Source: an uncultured bacterium (GTDB taxonomy: Bacteria > Eisenbacteria > RBG-16-71-46 > CAIMUX01 > WJJG01). Taken from it: 64,000 nucleotides of DNA. Every line of letters begins with the position of its first letter. Position 1 is the stretch's first letter. The position numbers and the translations under genes were made by a program. The notes under the pieces were generated by a model. That model was given only the letters and a program-made list of their open reading frames with translations, did not search any database and was not told the origin of the DNA. The stretch is taken from positions 16,760 to 80,759 of the forward strand of contig CAYQJL010000018.1 of assembly GCA_964417675.1 (NCBI GenBank). Direction: 5' to 3'. Of this stretch, positions 1 through 8,872 are shown one piece after another.

Positions 1-184
1 CCCAGGGAAAGAACTCCTCGGGTGAGGCGAAGTAGACCTCGGGAGAGTGGTCCTCTTCGAGGTGCCCGTCCTCGCGCCGGATGGAGTAGAGCGCTTCGCC
101 CCGCTCGTGATAGGCGCGGCAGATCTCACCCCACAGATCCTCCTGCAGGGGCAGGTGCTCCGAAGCGAAGGGAGTGGCGTTCAT
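1..184 (-). CDS. N-terminus of probable class I SAM-dependent methyltransferase (partial, runs off window start)
   Basis: Manual translation from ATG at 184: MNATPFASEHLPLQEDLWGEICRAYHERGEALYSIRREDGHLEEDHSPEVYFASPEEFFPW. The 'RREDG...YF....W' pattern resembles the N-termini of a methyltransferase family; the catalytic motif lies outside the window. Confidence 0.5.
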   Translation of the reverse strand, partial: MNATPFASEHLPLQEDLWGEICRAYHERGEALYSIRREDGHLEEDHSPEVYFASPEEFFPW

Positions 185-197
185 CGCCGGTCGCCGT

Positions 198-923
198 TCA
201 CAGTGTGCTCACAGCCGGGCGCCGGCCAAGGAAGTAGTCCACCAACCGGTCCAGATGGATGCGCAGCTCCGCGCTCCCGCGCCCCGGCGAAGCGGAGCCG
301 AGAGGATCCGCTTCCCCAGCGGGACCGGCCGCGCCATCGCCGGGCGAGGCCGGACGGGAGCCGCCCGCACTGAACGTCTCGCCCACATGCGGGAGCAGAT
401 AGAGAACCCCGCCGCCGGACAGTCCGGTCACCTGCACGGGAAGGTTGCCATACTGGTACACCAGGCAGGCGGCGGCCGCATCATTCACGGCCTCCCCCGG
501 CCGCAGGGCGAACCCACGGCCGGCCAGCAGGCCGAGCGCTTCCGAGTAGGCGATGCGGGGATGCGGGGAGCGGATCATCCGATCCAGACGCGTGACGTTG
601 CTCCCGCCGATGAGCCCGGCGTCGAGCGCAAAGGCCGTGGTCTTGAGCGCCCGCTCGATCTGGCCGCAGATGGCCTCGGGATCAGTGGCCGCCACCAAGA
701 CACGGTAGAGCGTCTTGCGTCCACTCTGCCCGCCTTCCGCCAAGCGGCCCGGGCACCCCGGCGCATCGAGCATGGCCCGCAGCAGGCCAAAGACGCGCGC
801 CCGTACCGGCTCGCGCTCGGCGGACGCCGGCAATGGGCACAAAGACACCCCTGGCCGCCCGCGGCGACTGGGGGTTCGCAGAGAGGGTGTGGATCCGATC
901 ATCTGTGCTCCTTCCGGGCTCAC
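198..923 (-). CDS. Degenerate class IIb aminoacyl-tRNA synthetase (Asn/Asp) catalytic-domain-like protein
   Basis: Segments PHPRIAYSEALGLL, LPVQVTG, YLLPHVGETFSAG and LDRLVDYFLG line up with the AsnRS/AspRS core (PFPRITY.EA, P.F.T, DL..P.VGE..GG, G.ERL). No anticodon OB-fold is present. Confidence 0.45.
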   Translation of the reverse strand: MSPEGAQMIGSTPSLRTPSRRGRPGVSLCPLPASAEREPVRARVFGLLRAMLDAPGCPGRLAEGGQSGRKTLYRVLVAATDPEAICGQIERALKTTAFALDAGLIGGSNVTRLDRMIRSPHPRIAYSEALGLLAGRGFALRPGEAVNDAAAACLVYQYGNLPVQVTGLSGGGVLYLLPHVGETFSAGGSRPASPGDGAAGPAGEADPLGSASPGRGSAELRIHLDRLVDYFLGRRPAVSTL

Positions 924-1098
924 GGGCCACGGTTAAAGGACCTGCGATTTTCTACTCCCTGACCCGGACCCGGGTCAAGGGCTTTCTACCGCCCGGCCGG
1001 GGCCGAGCCAAGACCGCGCCTGAACGAAGACTCCGGGCCGGGACGCGAAGCCGCAGGTAGACGGCGAAACCGGGCCCGCCCCATCGCCGGACCAACCC

Positions 1099-1127
1099 TT
1101 GACACCCGCATGGTGGAAGCGTAGCGT
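1099..1127 (+). promoter_or_regulatory. Sigma70-type promoter for the riboswitch/btuB transcript
   Basis: TTGACA (1099-1104), 17-bp spacer, TAGCGT (1122-1127), just upstream of the cobalamin riboswitch. Confidence 0.6.
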
Positions 1128-1140
1128 GTGGATCAGACGA

Positions 1141-1316
1141 ACTCTTCCGGTTCCGGCCCTCAGGGGCTGGTGAAAAGGGAAAACGGTCCAATGCCGTTGC
1201 GGGCCCGCCGCTGTAGTCGGGGACAGGGATCGCATTCATAGCCACTGCCGGTGTTTCGCCGGTGGGAAGGCGCGATCAACTGGATGATCCGAGAGCCAGA
1301 AGACCTGCCGGAAGTT
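1141..1316 (+). ncRNA. Cobalamin (B12) riboswitch
   Basis: Conserved elements in order: GGT..., AAAAGGGAA..CGGT, CCGCCGCTGTA, GCCACTG, GGGAAGGC, B12 box GAGCCAGAAGACCTGCC. Closing stem CTTCCGG/CCGGAAG. Lies upstream of a TonB-dependent receptor. Confidence 0.93.
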
Positions 1317-1478
1317 GATGGAGTGTCCTGTCAGGCTCTAGGTCGGCCGGCCCCATGCCCTTCGACCTCAGCCATGGGCCGAAGGGTGTTGTAGGAACCC
1401 CCTCCCGGTGCCTGCCCGGACCAGGCTTGCGCATTCAGGGTAGTGTGCAGCCACACCTTCCTCTCCGCGAGGCTGGAG

Positions 1479-3890
1479 ATGGTTGGATCACTCTTCTGGA
1501 TCGCCGGTCTACTCCTGGCGTCGGCAACGCCGGGAGTCCCTCCCTCGGACAGCACTTCCTGCGCGACGGCAGGTGAGCGCCCGGCGGTCTCCTGCGCACC
1601 GGTCGACACGACCTCCTCGACACCGGTCGACACGACCTCCTCGGCACCGGTCGGCACGACCTCCTCGGCACCGGTCGACACGACCTCCTCGACACCGGTA
1701 GGCACGACCTCCTCGACACCGGTAGGCACGCCCGCACCGGTACCGGTCGGCACGGCCTCCTCGGCACCGGTCGGCACGCCCGCGCCGGTACCGGTCGAAG
1801 TCCCCGTCCTCGTGCGCGCACAGCTCGACACCACCATCGTCACCGGCCGGCGCCCCAAGCCCGCGGCCCGGCTCCACCGCGAAAGCAGCTTCGCGAGTCG
1901 GATCGAGCTGCCGGCGGATCGAGCGGCCGGCGAAACGATCGCCGATGTCATCGAGCGCACGGTGGGTGTCATGGTGCAACGCTATGGGGGACCGGGCGCC
2001 ATGGCGACGGTGTCGATTCGGGGAGCCGACCCGGGGGATGTGGAGGTGTACCTGGATCGCGTCCCGTTGCGCACTGCCGCGCGCGGCATGGTCGATCTGA
2101 GCAGCCTGGACATGGCATCCCTCGCGGCCCTGGAGATCTACCGCAGCGCCCCCCCGGATGGGATGGGGGGCGAATTCGCGGGGTCCGCTCTTCGTTTGAT
2201 CACCCGTCAGGGGGGGCCGGCCAGCCTGGCCTGGCGCAGCGACGGGGGATCCCTGGACACCTGGCGCCACGAGGCCGTTCTGGGGGGTTCCTACCGCCAA
2301 GGCCGCTTTCTGTTGACCGGATCCCGCTTCTCCACCCGCGGCAACTTCACCTACCACGACGACAACGGAACCCCCGCCAATCCGGACGACGACCGCTGGA
2401 AGGAGTGGGCCAATGGGGATGTCCTGCGCGAGAGCCTGCTCGCGCGCTGGACGCAGGCAGCCGGCCGGCTGGGAACGGTGGACTTCGCCTCGCAGTTCTG
2501 GAGGGCCGACCAGGGTTTGCCGGGCAGTGACCGCCAACCTACCGCTCGCAGCCGCCTGCGCAGCCGTGGCGGACTGCACCGCATCGAGACCGAGACCCAC
2601 CGGCGCCTGCTCCCCGTGCGGTTGACGCTGCAGGCCTTCCTCCATCAGGAGGAGCTTCACTACCGCGATCCCGAACGTGAGCTGGCCGTCCCGGGCGCCT
2701 CCGCCACGCGGGCGGATCAGGATCTGGACCGCTGGGGGTACGGCCTGCACCTGCACAAGACGCTGCGCGGCGCCCATCACCGCCCCTGGGGATACCACGC
2801 CCTGGAACTGACCGCGAACCGCCGGCACGAGCGGCTGCGCAATGCACCCTTGCCGGGACGGTCCGAGGAGGACACGCGCGAACGCGCCTCCACGGCATTC
2901 TCCGCCGGCGATCGCATCGAGTGGGCCGCGGGGCGCTTCCACGCGGACATCTTCTACCGCTGGAATCACACATGCGACAACTACACGGGCGCCAATCCCT
3001 ACCAGCCGTTCGCATCCCAGCCCGAAAGGACGACCCGCGTTCACGGCGCCCATCTCGGGTTGCGCGCCAGTGCGGGCGGCGGCCACACGTTCAGAGCAAA
3101 CTACGCCGACCAGGCGCGCTTCCCCACCTTCGTGGAGCTGTTCGGTTACGCGGGCACCATCCGCAGCAACCCGCAGCTGCGACCCGAGACCGGCTGGCGG
3201 GCCGACACCGGCTGGCAATGGGACTGGCCGGTGAGACCGTGGGGCATGCGCCTGCGAACCGAGGCGGCCGGCTATGTCAGCCGACGCGAGGAGATGATCG
3301 TCCTGATCCGGATCTCCGAGCGTGAGACCAAACCGGTCAACCTCGACCGCGCCAGCCTGCGGGGGCTCGAGCTGTCCTGGCAGTGCGCCACATTGCCGGG
3401 GTTGCGTGGCAAGGCCCCACTCGCGTCGATCGAGCGTGCGATCGGTGAGCTGTTCGGAGCCGCCGCGGCCCGCAGCCCTGTCGCCCAGAGGACCGGGGAA
3501 GAGCGGTCGGCCACCCTGTTCGGCCATCTGCACTGGCAACAGACGCGCGACGAGGGCGCCGCCAGGCTCTATCAGGGCAAGGCATTGACCTACCACCCGC
3601 CGTGGCAGCTTCTGCTGGGACTGACATGGCCGCAGGGACACTGGGACGTGCGCTACATCGCGCAGTTCCGCGACGAAGCCTACTGGTCACGATCCAATCT
3701 GCCCGAGTACCGGACTGGCGCGACCTGGCTGCACGAGCTGCAACTCGCCTGGCGGCCCGCGCCCCAGGGTGGGCTGTCGATCCGTATCGAGAACCTGTTT
3801 GGCACCCGCAGCCAGGATGTGCGCGGCTATCCGCTGCCGGGACGGACCTGGTTCGCCGGCATCGAAATCGACCCACTGCGCACTCAGTGA
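1479..3890 (+). CDS. btuB: TonB-dependent receptor, BtuB-like vitamin B12 transporter
   Basis: Signal peptide, TonB-box-like DTTIVTG, plug motif (YGGPG..ATVSIRGA...VEVYLD, EIYRS), NPQLRPETG and C-terminal ENLFG...GYPLPGRTWF. Downstream of a B12 riboswitch. Alternative GTG start at 1443. Confidence 0.85.
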   Translation: MVGSLFWIAGLLLASATPGVPPSDSTSCATAGERPAVSCAPVDTTSSTPVDTTSSAPVGTTSSAPVDTTSSTPVGTTSSTPVGTPAPVPVGTASSAPVGTPAPVPVEVPVLVRAQLDTTIVTGRRPKPAARLHRESSFASRIELPADRAAGETIADVIERTVGVMVQRYGGPGAMATVSIRGADPGDVEVYLDRVPLRTAARGMVDLSSLDMASLAALEIYRSAPPDGMGGEFAGSALRLITRQGGPASLAWRSDGGSLDTWRHEAVLGGSYRQGRFLLTGSRFSTRGNFTYHDDNGTPANPDDDRWKEWANGDVLRESLLARWTQAAGRLGTVDFASQFWRADQGLPGSDRQPTARSRLRSRGGLHRIETETHRRLLPVRLTLQAFLHQEELHYRDPERELAVPGASATRADQDLDRWGYGLHLHKTLRGAHHRPWGYHALELTANRRHERLRNAPLPGRSEEDTRERASTAFSAGDRIEWAAGRFHADIFYRWNHTCDNYTGANPYQPFASQPERTTRVHGAHLGLRASAGGGHTFRANYADQARFPTFVELFGYAGTIRSNPQLRPETGWRADTGWQWDWPVRPWGMRLRTEAAGYVSRREEMIVLIRISERETKPVNLDRASLRGLELSWQCATLPGLRGKAPLASIERAIGELFGAAAARSPVAQRTGEERSATLFGHLHWQQTRDEGAARLYQGKALTYHPPWQLLLGLTWPQGHWDVRYIAQFRDEAYWSRSNLPEYRTGATWLHELQLAWRPAPQGGLSIRIENLFGTRSQDVRGYPLPGRTWFAGIEIDPLRTQ
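1599..1790 (+). repeat. 8 x 24-bp in-frame tandem repeat (PVDTTSST/PVGTTSSA) in the receptor N-terminus
   Basis: Units beginning CCGGTCGACACGACCTCCTCG recur every 24 nt. Confidence 0.9.
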
Positions 3891-3933
3891 TCCTGTGGAT
3901 GGGTCCCGAAGCGCCCAAGAAGGAGACCGAGTC

Positions 3934-5430
3934 ATGCCCCGCCACACCCTGAGTCCCACGGCCCGTGAACTCCGCCGGACCGGCCGAATCGCTCTGCTCT
4001 TGATCCTCTGTCTGACTCTGCTACAGGCGGGTTCGGGCCAGGAGGCCTGGGCCGGCGAGCGCCCGCGCGATGAGGACTATGGGGATGTCCTGTTCATCCT
4101 CACCAATGACTACGAGTTCGCCGCCGGCAGCTTCTCGACCGTCGAGATGGGTCCGCCCTGGGTGCACGAAGACAACATCGCCCCGGTCTGCGCCGACGCA
4201 CTCGCCCGGGAGTACGGCGGACTGGTCTATGTCGTGGGCCGCGCGGGGTGCGACCACATCCACGTTCTGGATCCGGAGGACGGATTCGCCACCCTGCTCC
4301 AGTTCTCGACCGGCAGCGGATCGAATCCCCAGGACATCTGCTTCGTCTCACCGACCCGCGCCTTCGTGACCCGCTATGATCGCACCGAGCTGTGGGAGGT
4401 CGATCCCTCGACCGGCCAGCAGACCGATGCGATCGATCTGGCGCCCCTGGCGGATGCGGACGGCCTGCCCGAGATGATGGGCATGGCCATCTCCGGCGAC
4501 CGGCTCTATGTGGCGCTGCAGCGGCTGGATCGCGATTTCTACTGGATCCCGGTGGCTCCCTCCTACCTCGCCGTCATCGACCTGCACACCAACGAGCTCC
4601 TCGACATGGATCCGAATCAGACCGGCGTGCAGGGCATCCCTCTGGCGGCAACCAATCCTTCCATGCTCCTGGTAACCGATCCACTGAGCGGACACATCCT
4701 GATCGGTGAGACCGGAAGCTACGGCGTGCTCGACGGCGGCATCGAACGTTTCGATCCGAGCTGTGAGCAGAGTCTGGGCTTCGTCGTCACCGAGGAGGAC
4801 CTCGGTGGAGAACTGAACATGTGGATGAGCGCCGACATGCAGCTGGGGCTGGCAATCACCCTCTCGAGCAGCTGGTCCACCGAGGTGGTGGCCTTTGATA
4901 TGGAAAGCGGATCGCTCCTGGGGGTCGTCGCCAGCAGCAGCGAGTATGCCTATACCCATCTCGCGGTCGATCCATCCTACCGAGAGATCTATGTCGCCGA
5001 TGCGAGCTATGTGGAGCCCGGGCTCCGCGTCTTCGACATGGTCACCTTCGACCCCCTCACGGAACGGATCCCGGTAGGGCTCTATCCCCGCTGGCTGCTG
5101 CCGCTGCACGGGCCCTCGTCGGGAGTGACACCCGTGGAACCGGACTCCCGGGATCCTGCCGTGGGGCTCAACGTCTGGCCCCAGCCGGCCGCGGGCGGGA
5201 TTCGGTTGGCCATCGACCACCGCGGCGACGGAGCGCTGTCGGTCCAGATCCTGGACATATCCGGTCGGGAGATCTTCCGGTTCCCGGAAGCGATCGGGGC
5301 GGCCGGGCAGTTTCAGCTCGCGTGGGACGGCCGGATCACAGACGGCGGGCGGGCGGCGGCGGGAGTCTATCTGCTGCGCATCGCCGGTGAGGATGGCTCC
5401 TTGAGCAGACGCATCCAGTTCATGCGCTGA
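3934..5430 (+). CDS. Secreted YncE/BtuG-like beta-propeller protein with C-terminal FlgD-Ig/T9SS-like domain
   Basis: AAGGAG RBS; signal peptide; propeller repeats (GSNPQDICFVSPTRAFVT, RLYVALQRLD, REIYVAD); C-terminus VWPQP...ILDISGR...WDGR....AAGVYLLRI. Co-oriented with btuB. Confidence 0.75.
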   Translation: MPRHTLSPTARELRRTGRIALLLILCLTLLQAGSGQEAWAGERPRDEDYGDVLFILTNDYEFAAGSFSTVEMGPPWVHEDNIAPVCADALAREYGGLVYVVGRAGCDHIHVLDPEDGFATLLQFSTGSGSNPQDICFVSPTRAFVTRYDRTELWEVDPSTGQQTDAIDLAPLADADGLPEMMGMAISGDRLYVALQRLDRDFYWIPVAPSYLAVIDLHTNELLDMDPNQTGVQGIPLAATNPSMLLVTDPLSGHILIGETGSYGVLDGGIERFDPSCEQSLGFVVTEEDLGGELNMWMSADMQLGLAITLSSSWSTEVVAFDMESGSLLGVVASSSEYAYTHLAVDPSYREIYVADASYVEPGLRVFDMVTFDPLTERIPVGLYPRWLLPLHGPSSGVTPVEPDSRDPAVGLNVWPQPAAGGIRLAIDHRGDGALSVQILDISGREIFRFPEAIGAAGQFQLAWDGRITDGGRAAAGVYLLRIAGEDGSLSRRIQFMR

Positions 5431-5732
5431 TCGACCCCGCGGGCGGGCCTCTTTCGACCATCGCCACCCGCGGCCCCTGTCCGCCAGCGCCTGGTACGGG
5501 ACTCCCCAGGGTGTGGGATCGTGCCGGCCGCCGAACGGATCTTGACACGGCCGCCTCATGTACTACGGTGACCGGGGAGCGTCCCATCCGGTCCCGGAGG
5601 GCTATCTTCTTCAATAGCCTAAAGAAAGCCAGGCTGGTAGCGGATGAATTAGGGCGTAGGAGTGCAGAGGCTGACCCAGCATCCCGAGTACCGCGAATCT
5701 TGACCCGGAACCGATTGAGCATCGGAGCAGTC

Positions 5733-7505
5733 ATGCAGCTTGGCCGAACGCACAGGGCCCCCATGCGGTTTCCGATCCACTTCACCGCGCCGGATCGGTC
5801 CAAGACCTACATCGGGGAGACGATGGACGTCTCGTCCAACGGGTTTTCCGTCCAGGTGAAGACGGACGATCCGTTGCCGACGATCATTCTGGCCGGCATC
5901 CTGCCCAGCGAGATCGCGGGGGATGCCATTCTGTGCAAGGCCCGCGTCGTGTGGCAGGGCGGACTGGCCGGAGGCACCAAGCGGGCCAGCTACAAGATCA
6001 CCTCGATCGCACGCCAGAGCCAGGATCGGCTCGATGCGCTGATCGCCGACTCGCTGGATCAGATGCTCAGCGAGCTGAAGGACCTGCCGCTGCTGCACAA
6101 CGCGGATCCGGTTCATCTCGAGATGCTCTTGCAACTCGCGCGGCTGCGGGAGATCACGGCCGAGGGCTCGTTGTACGAAGCCAGCTCGCTGCAGGGAACC
6201 GGGTTGTTCATCCTGCTCAGCGGGCAGGTCTCGAACCCGAACGACGCGCAGGGCACACTCTATGGACCCGGCAGCGTGATCGGGCAGTGGGCCGACCCGG
6301 CATCCAGTGCGGTCCCGGGCCAGGCCACCGCCCGCTGCGCGGTCCGGGCCCTGCATCTGCCCCATGCCTTGACCCAGGAGCTTCAGCAGAACACCCCGGC
6401 CCTGGCCATGGATCTGCAGCGCGCGCTCGGCAAACCGGGAGAGCCGCTCCCCGAGCAGGGAGACGGCCGGCGGCGGCGCATGCGGCTCAACGTCATCAAA
6501 GATCTGCAGGAGATTCCCACCCTTCCGGCGATCTTCAATTCGGTCATGGATTGCATCGAGAACCCGGAGGCGACACCCCGGGAGCTCTCGCAGATCATTC
6601 GCCAGGATCAAGCGTTGACCGCCAAAATCCTGCGGACGGTCAATTCCGCCCTCTATGGGTTCGCGCGCAAGATCAACTCCGTGCATGAGGCGGTCGTCCT
6701 GCTGGGCATGGGACAGACCGCCAACCTGGCCATCACGGCCATGCTGCTCAACACGCTGGTCGATACCCGCAACCCCAAGCAACGACCGGAGGCCTTCTGG
6801 GAACACTCGCTGGGATGCGCCTACTTCGCGACGGTGATCGGCGAGCGGCTGCGAGCCAAACCACCGAGCGAGCAGGCCTGGGCCGTCGCCACCTCCCACC
6901 GCCGCGCCGGCCGGGATGGGGCGGCCGCGGATCAGACCCCACCCGCGCTGCGCACCCTGAATGCCCTGGGCAGCACGGAGGAATGGGATCGGGACCAGTC
7001 GATTCCCCTGGAGCGGCTTTTCACCTTCGCGATCCTGCACGACATCGGCCTGGCCATTCTCTACCTGAAGTTTCCCGATCACTACGCCATGGTTCAGGAT
7101 GCCATCAAGGAGTTCGGCACGCTCTACCGCTCCGAGCTCGAGATGCTCGACGTCGATCACTGCCAGCTGGGCTATCGCATCGCCCAGGCCTGGCGGCTGC
7201 CGGAACCCATTCCGACCATCATCGCCGAGCATCATCTTCCGCAGTTGTGGTGCGCGGAGGAAGAGGATCAGGCGCGGGTTCTCGCTCTCCTGCGGGAGGA
7301 CCCGGTCGTGACGCTCATCTCGCTGGCCGACATCATGGCCCGACGCAGCATGATCGGCGTGGTCATGGACCGGACGCCTCCCTCGATCTCGCCGTTGCTG
7401 CTCGATGCCCTGGGGCTGACCGCAGAGGAAGCCCAGGATATCCTGGAGCAAGGACCGGCCATCAAGGACAAGTCCGAAGCGCTTTTTCGGGGCATGACCG
7501 CCTGA
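5733..7505 (+). CDS. PilZ + cyclic-nucleotide-binding-like + HDOD domain signalling protein
   Basis: RAPMR (RxxxR) and DVSSNG (DxSxxG) PilZ motifs; cNMP-like LPLL...GLFILLSGQV; HDOD motifs IPTLP, DQALTAKILRTVNSALYG, FWEHS, LHDIG, DHCQLG...W.LP. Confidence 0.85.
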   Translation: MQLGRTHRAPMRFPIHFTAPDRSKTYIGETMDVSSNGFSVQVKTDDPLPTIILAGILPSEIAGDAILCKARVVWQGGLAGGTKRASYKITSIARQSQDRLDALIADSLDQMLSELKDLPLLHNADPVHLEMLLQLARLREITAEGSLYEASSLQGTGLFILLSGQVSNPNDAQGTLYGPGSVIGQWADPASSAVPGQATARCAVRALHLPHALTQELQQNTPALAMDLQRALGKPGEPLPEQGDGRRRRMRLNVIKDLQEIPTLPAIFNSVMDCIENPEATPRELSQIIRQDQALTAKILRTVNSALYGFARKINSVHEAVVLLGMGQTANLAITAMLLNTLVDTRNPKQRPEAFWEHSLGCAYFATVIGERLRAKPPSEQAWAVATSHRRAGRDGAAADQTPPALRTLNALGSTEEWDRDQSIPLERLFTFAILHDIGLAILYLKFPDHYAMVQDAIKEFGTLYRSELEMLDVDHCQLGYRIAQAWRLPEPIPTIIAEHHLPQLWCAEEEDQARVLALLREDPVVTLISLADIMARRSMIGVVMDRTPPSISPLLLDALGLTAEEAQDILEQGPAIKDKSEALFRGMTA

Positions 7506-7668
7506 TCTAGGCGGTCACGTTCCTCGAGCTCCCGTGACCCGCCGCGAGTTGCTGTCAGGAGTTCTGTCTGAGCATCCTGGCGCCACAAGCCTCACGCTCC
7601 TCTTCCGGCCGTGGAATGAGTCTGGCTATACCTCTCAACGGATCACCACACACAGCGGGAGGAGCCCC

Positions 7669-8856
7669 ATGCCAGCCACAACATTCCCATCCGTGGCACT
7701 GGCCCATACCGGTGCCATCGGCCGCGGAGTCTCGATCGCCCTTGTCGCCGCGGCATGCTGCGCGGCGACCGGCTGTGAGCGGGAGTCACCCGCACCGCTG
7801 GTCCCGGGCGACCACTCGCCGCCGTCGGTTTCGATCGTCTCGCCCGCGCAGGGCGCCTGGCTGGCGGATACGCTGCATGTCCATGCGGAGGCCTCCGACG
7901 ATACCGGCCTTGCCCGGATCACGTTGCTGCTGGACGATCATCCCCGGCTCGTCCTGTATGCGCCGCCCTGGCATTTCCAGTACCCCTGTTCGGCGGTCGC
8001 CGACAGTCAGGCCCATAGGCTGCTCCTGGAAGCGGCCGACCGGGCCGGCAATCTGGCCACCAGTCCGCCGAGAGAGGTGTTCCTGAGCCCCAATCGATCA
8101 CCGGTCGTCACCCTCGAGTATCCCCATGACCAGAGGTGGATCGCCCGCGGCAGCCCCGCCGAATCGCTGTCCTGGTCGGCCACGGCCGCCGACCCCGATG
8201 AAGGCCTGCTGGCGGCCGATCGCATCACCTGGTGGGTGGATGGGCAGCGGCTGGCAGAGATGGGCGCGCAGATCCCCGCGCCCATACTGGATCTCGGAGA
8301 GCATCGCGTCCGCGTGGTGGCGCGTGACCGATGGAACAGAGCGGGGGCACAGGAGCGCACCATCACATGCTTCGAATACCCGCCGGCGAACACCCCCGAA
8401 GAGGCCTGGGCCGGCCTGGTGTACGCTCTGCGGGCACGCGATGCAGAGCGTCTGTGGGACCTGAGCGCGCCGGAGCTGCGATTCCTCAGCTCCGGCGGGA
8501 CGCCCGGGAACCCGGCCGGCGCGCTGCGCTGGGATCGCGCGCAGTGGGTCGAGCGCCTGACCGCCTTTCTCCAGGATCCCCTCCTTGCGACGTGGACGGT
8601 GGAGAGCCCGTCGCCGGCCGTGGAGCGCTTCTTCATTCAGGACACGCCCTGGGCGAAGATCGAACTGCGTTGGTTCCACGTGTGCGCCGACTGGGCGGGC
8701 ATGCCCGGGCACGGACCCACCCTGACCGCCGCGCGGCTGTTCTGGCGCTACCGGGCCGCGGACGGCTCCTGGGTGCTGACTGCCTGGTGGGACCTGCATG
8801 AATCCCTGTGGGCCGGCGGCCGGGGCCCCAGCCTGACCGCCTTGTGGAGCCGCTAG
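7669..8856 (+). CDS. Ig-like (Big) domain-containing putative lipoprotein
   Basis: GGAGGAG RBS; lipobox-like AATGC; two Ig-like repeats (DHSPPSVSIVSP...AEASDD, NRSPVVTLEYP...ATAADPDEG); C-terminal NTF2-like segment (NTPEEAW...WVLTAWWD). Confidence 0.65.
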   Translation: MPATTFPSVALAHTGAIGRGVSIALVAAACCAATGCERESPAPLVPGDHSPPSVSIVSPAQGAWLADTLHVHAEASDDTGLARITLLLDDHPRLVLYAPPWHFQYPCSAVADSQAHRLLLEAADRAGNLATSPPREVFLSPNRSPVVTLEYPHDQRWIARGSPAESLSWSATAADPDEGLLAADRITWWVDGQRLAEMGAQIPAPILDLGEHRVRVVARDRWNRAGAQERTITCFEYPPANTPEEAWAGLVYALRARDAERLWDLSAPELRFLSSGGTPGNPAGALRWDRAQWVERLTAFLQDPLLATWTVESPSPAVERFFIQDTPWAKIELRWFHVCADWAGMPGHGPTLTAARLFWRYRAADGSWVLTAWWDLHESLWAGGRGPSLTALWSR

Positions 8857-8872
8857 AGGCGGGAGGGCCGAC

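Noticed and set aside
1509-3641. 710-aa minus-strand ORF, and similar long antisense ORFs (5649-7451, 36126-37982, 41068-43347, 53358-55304, 58456-60546)
   Set aside because: These are shadow ORFs opposite well-supported genes, expected in high-GC DNA, with no recognisable motifs.
5540-5730. Possible c-di-GMP riboswitch upstream of the PilZ-HDOD gene
   Set aside because: Only a small hairpin (GGCTAT...ATAGCC) is visible; class I/II consensus elements are not recognisable.
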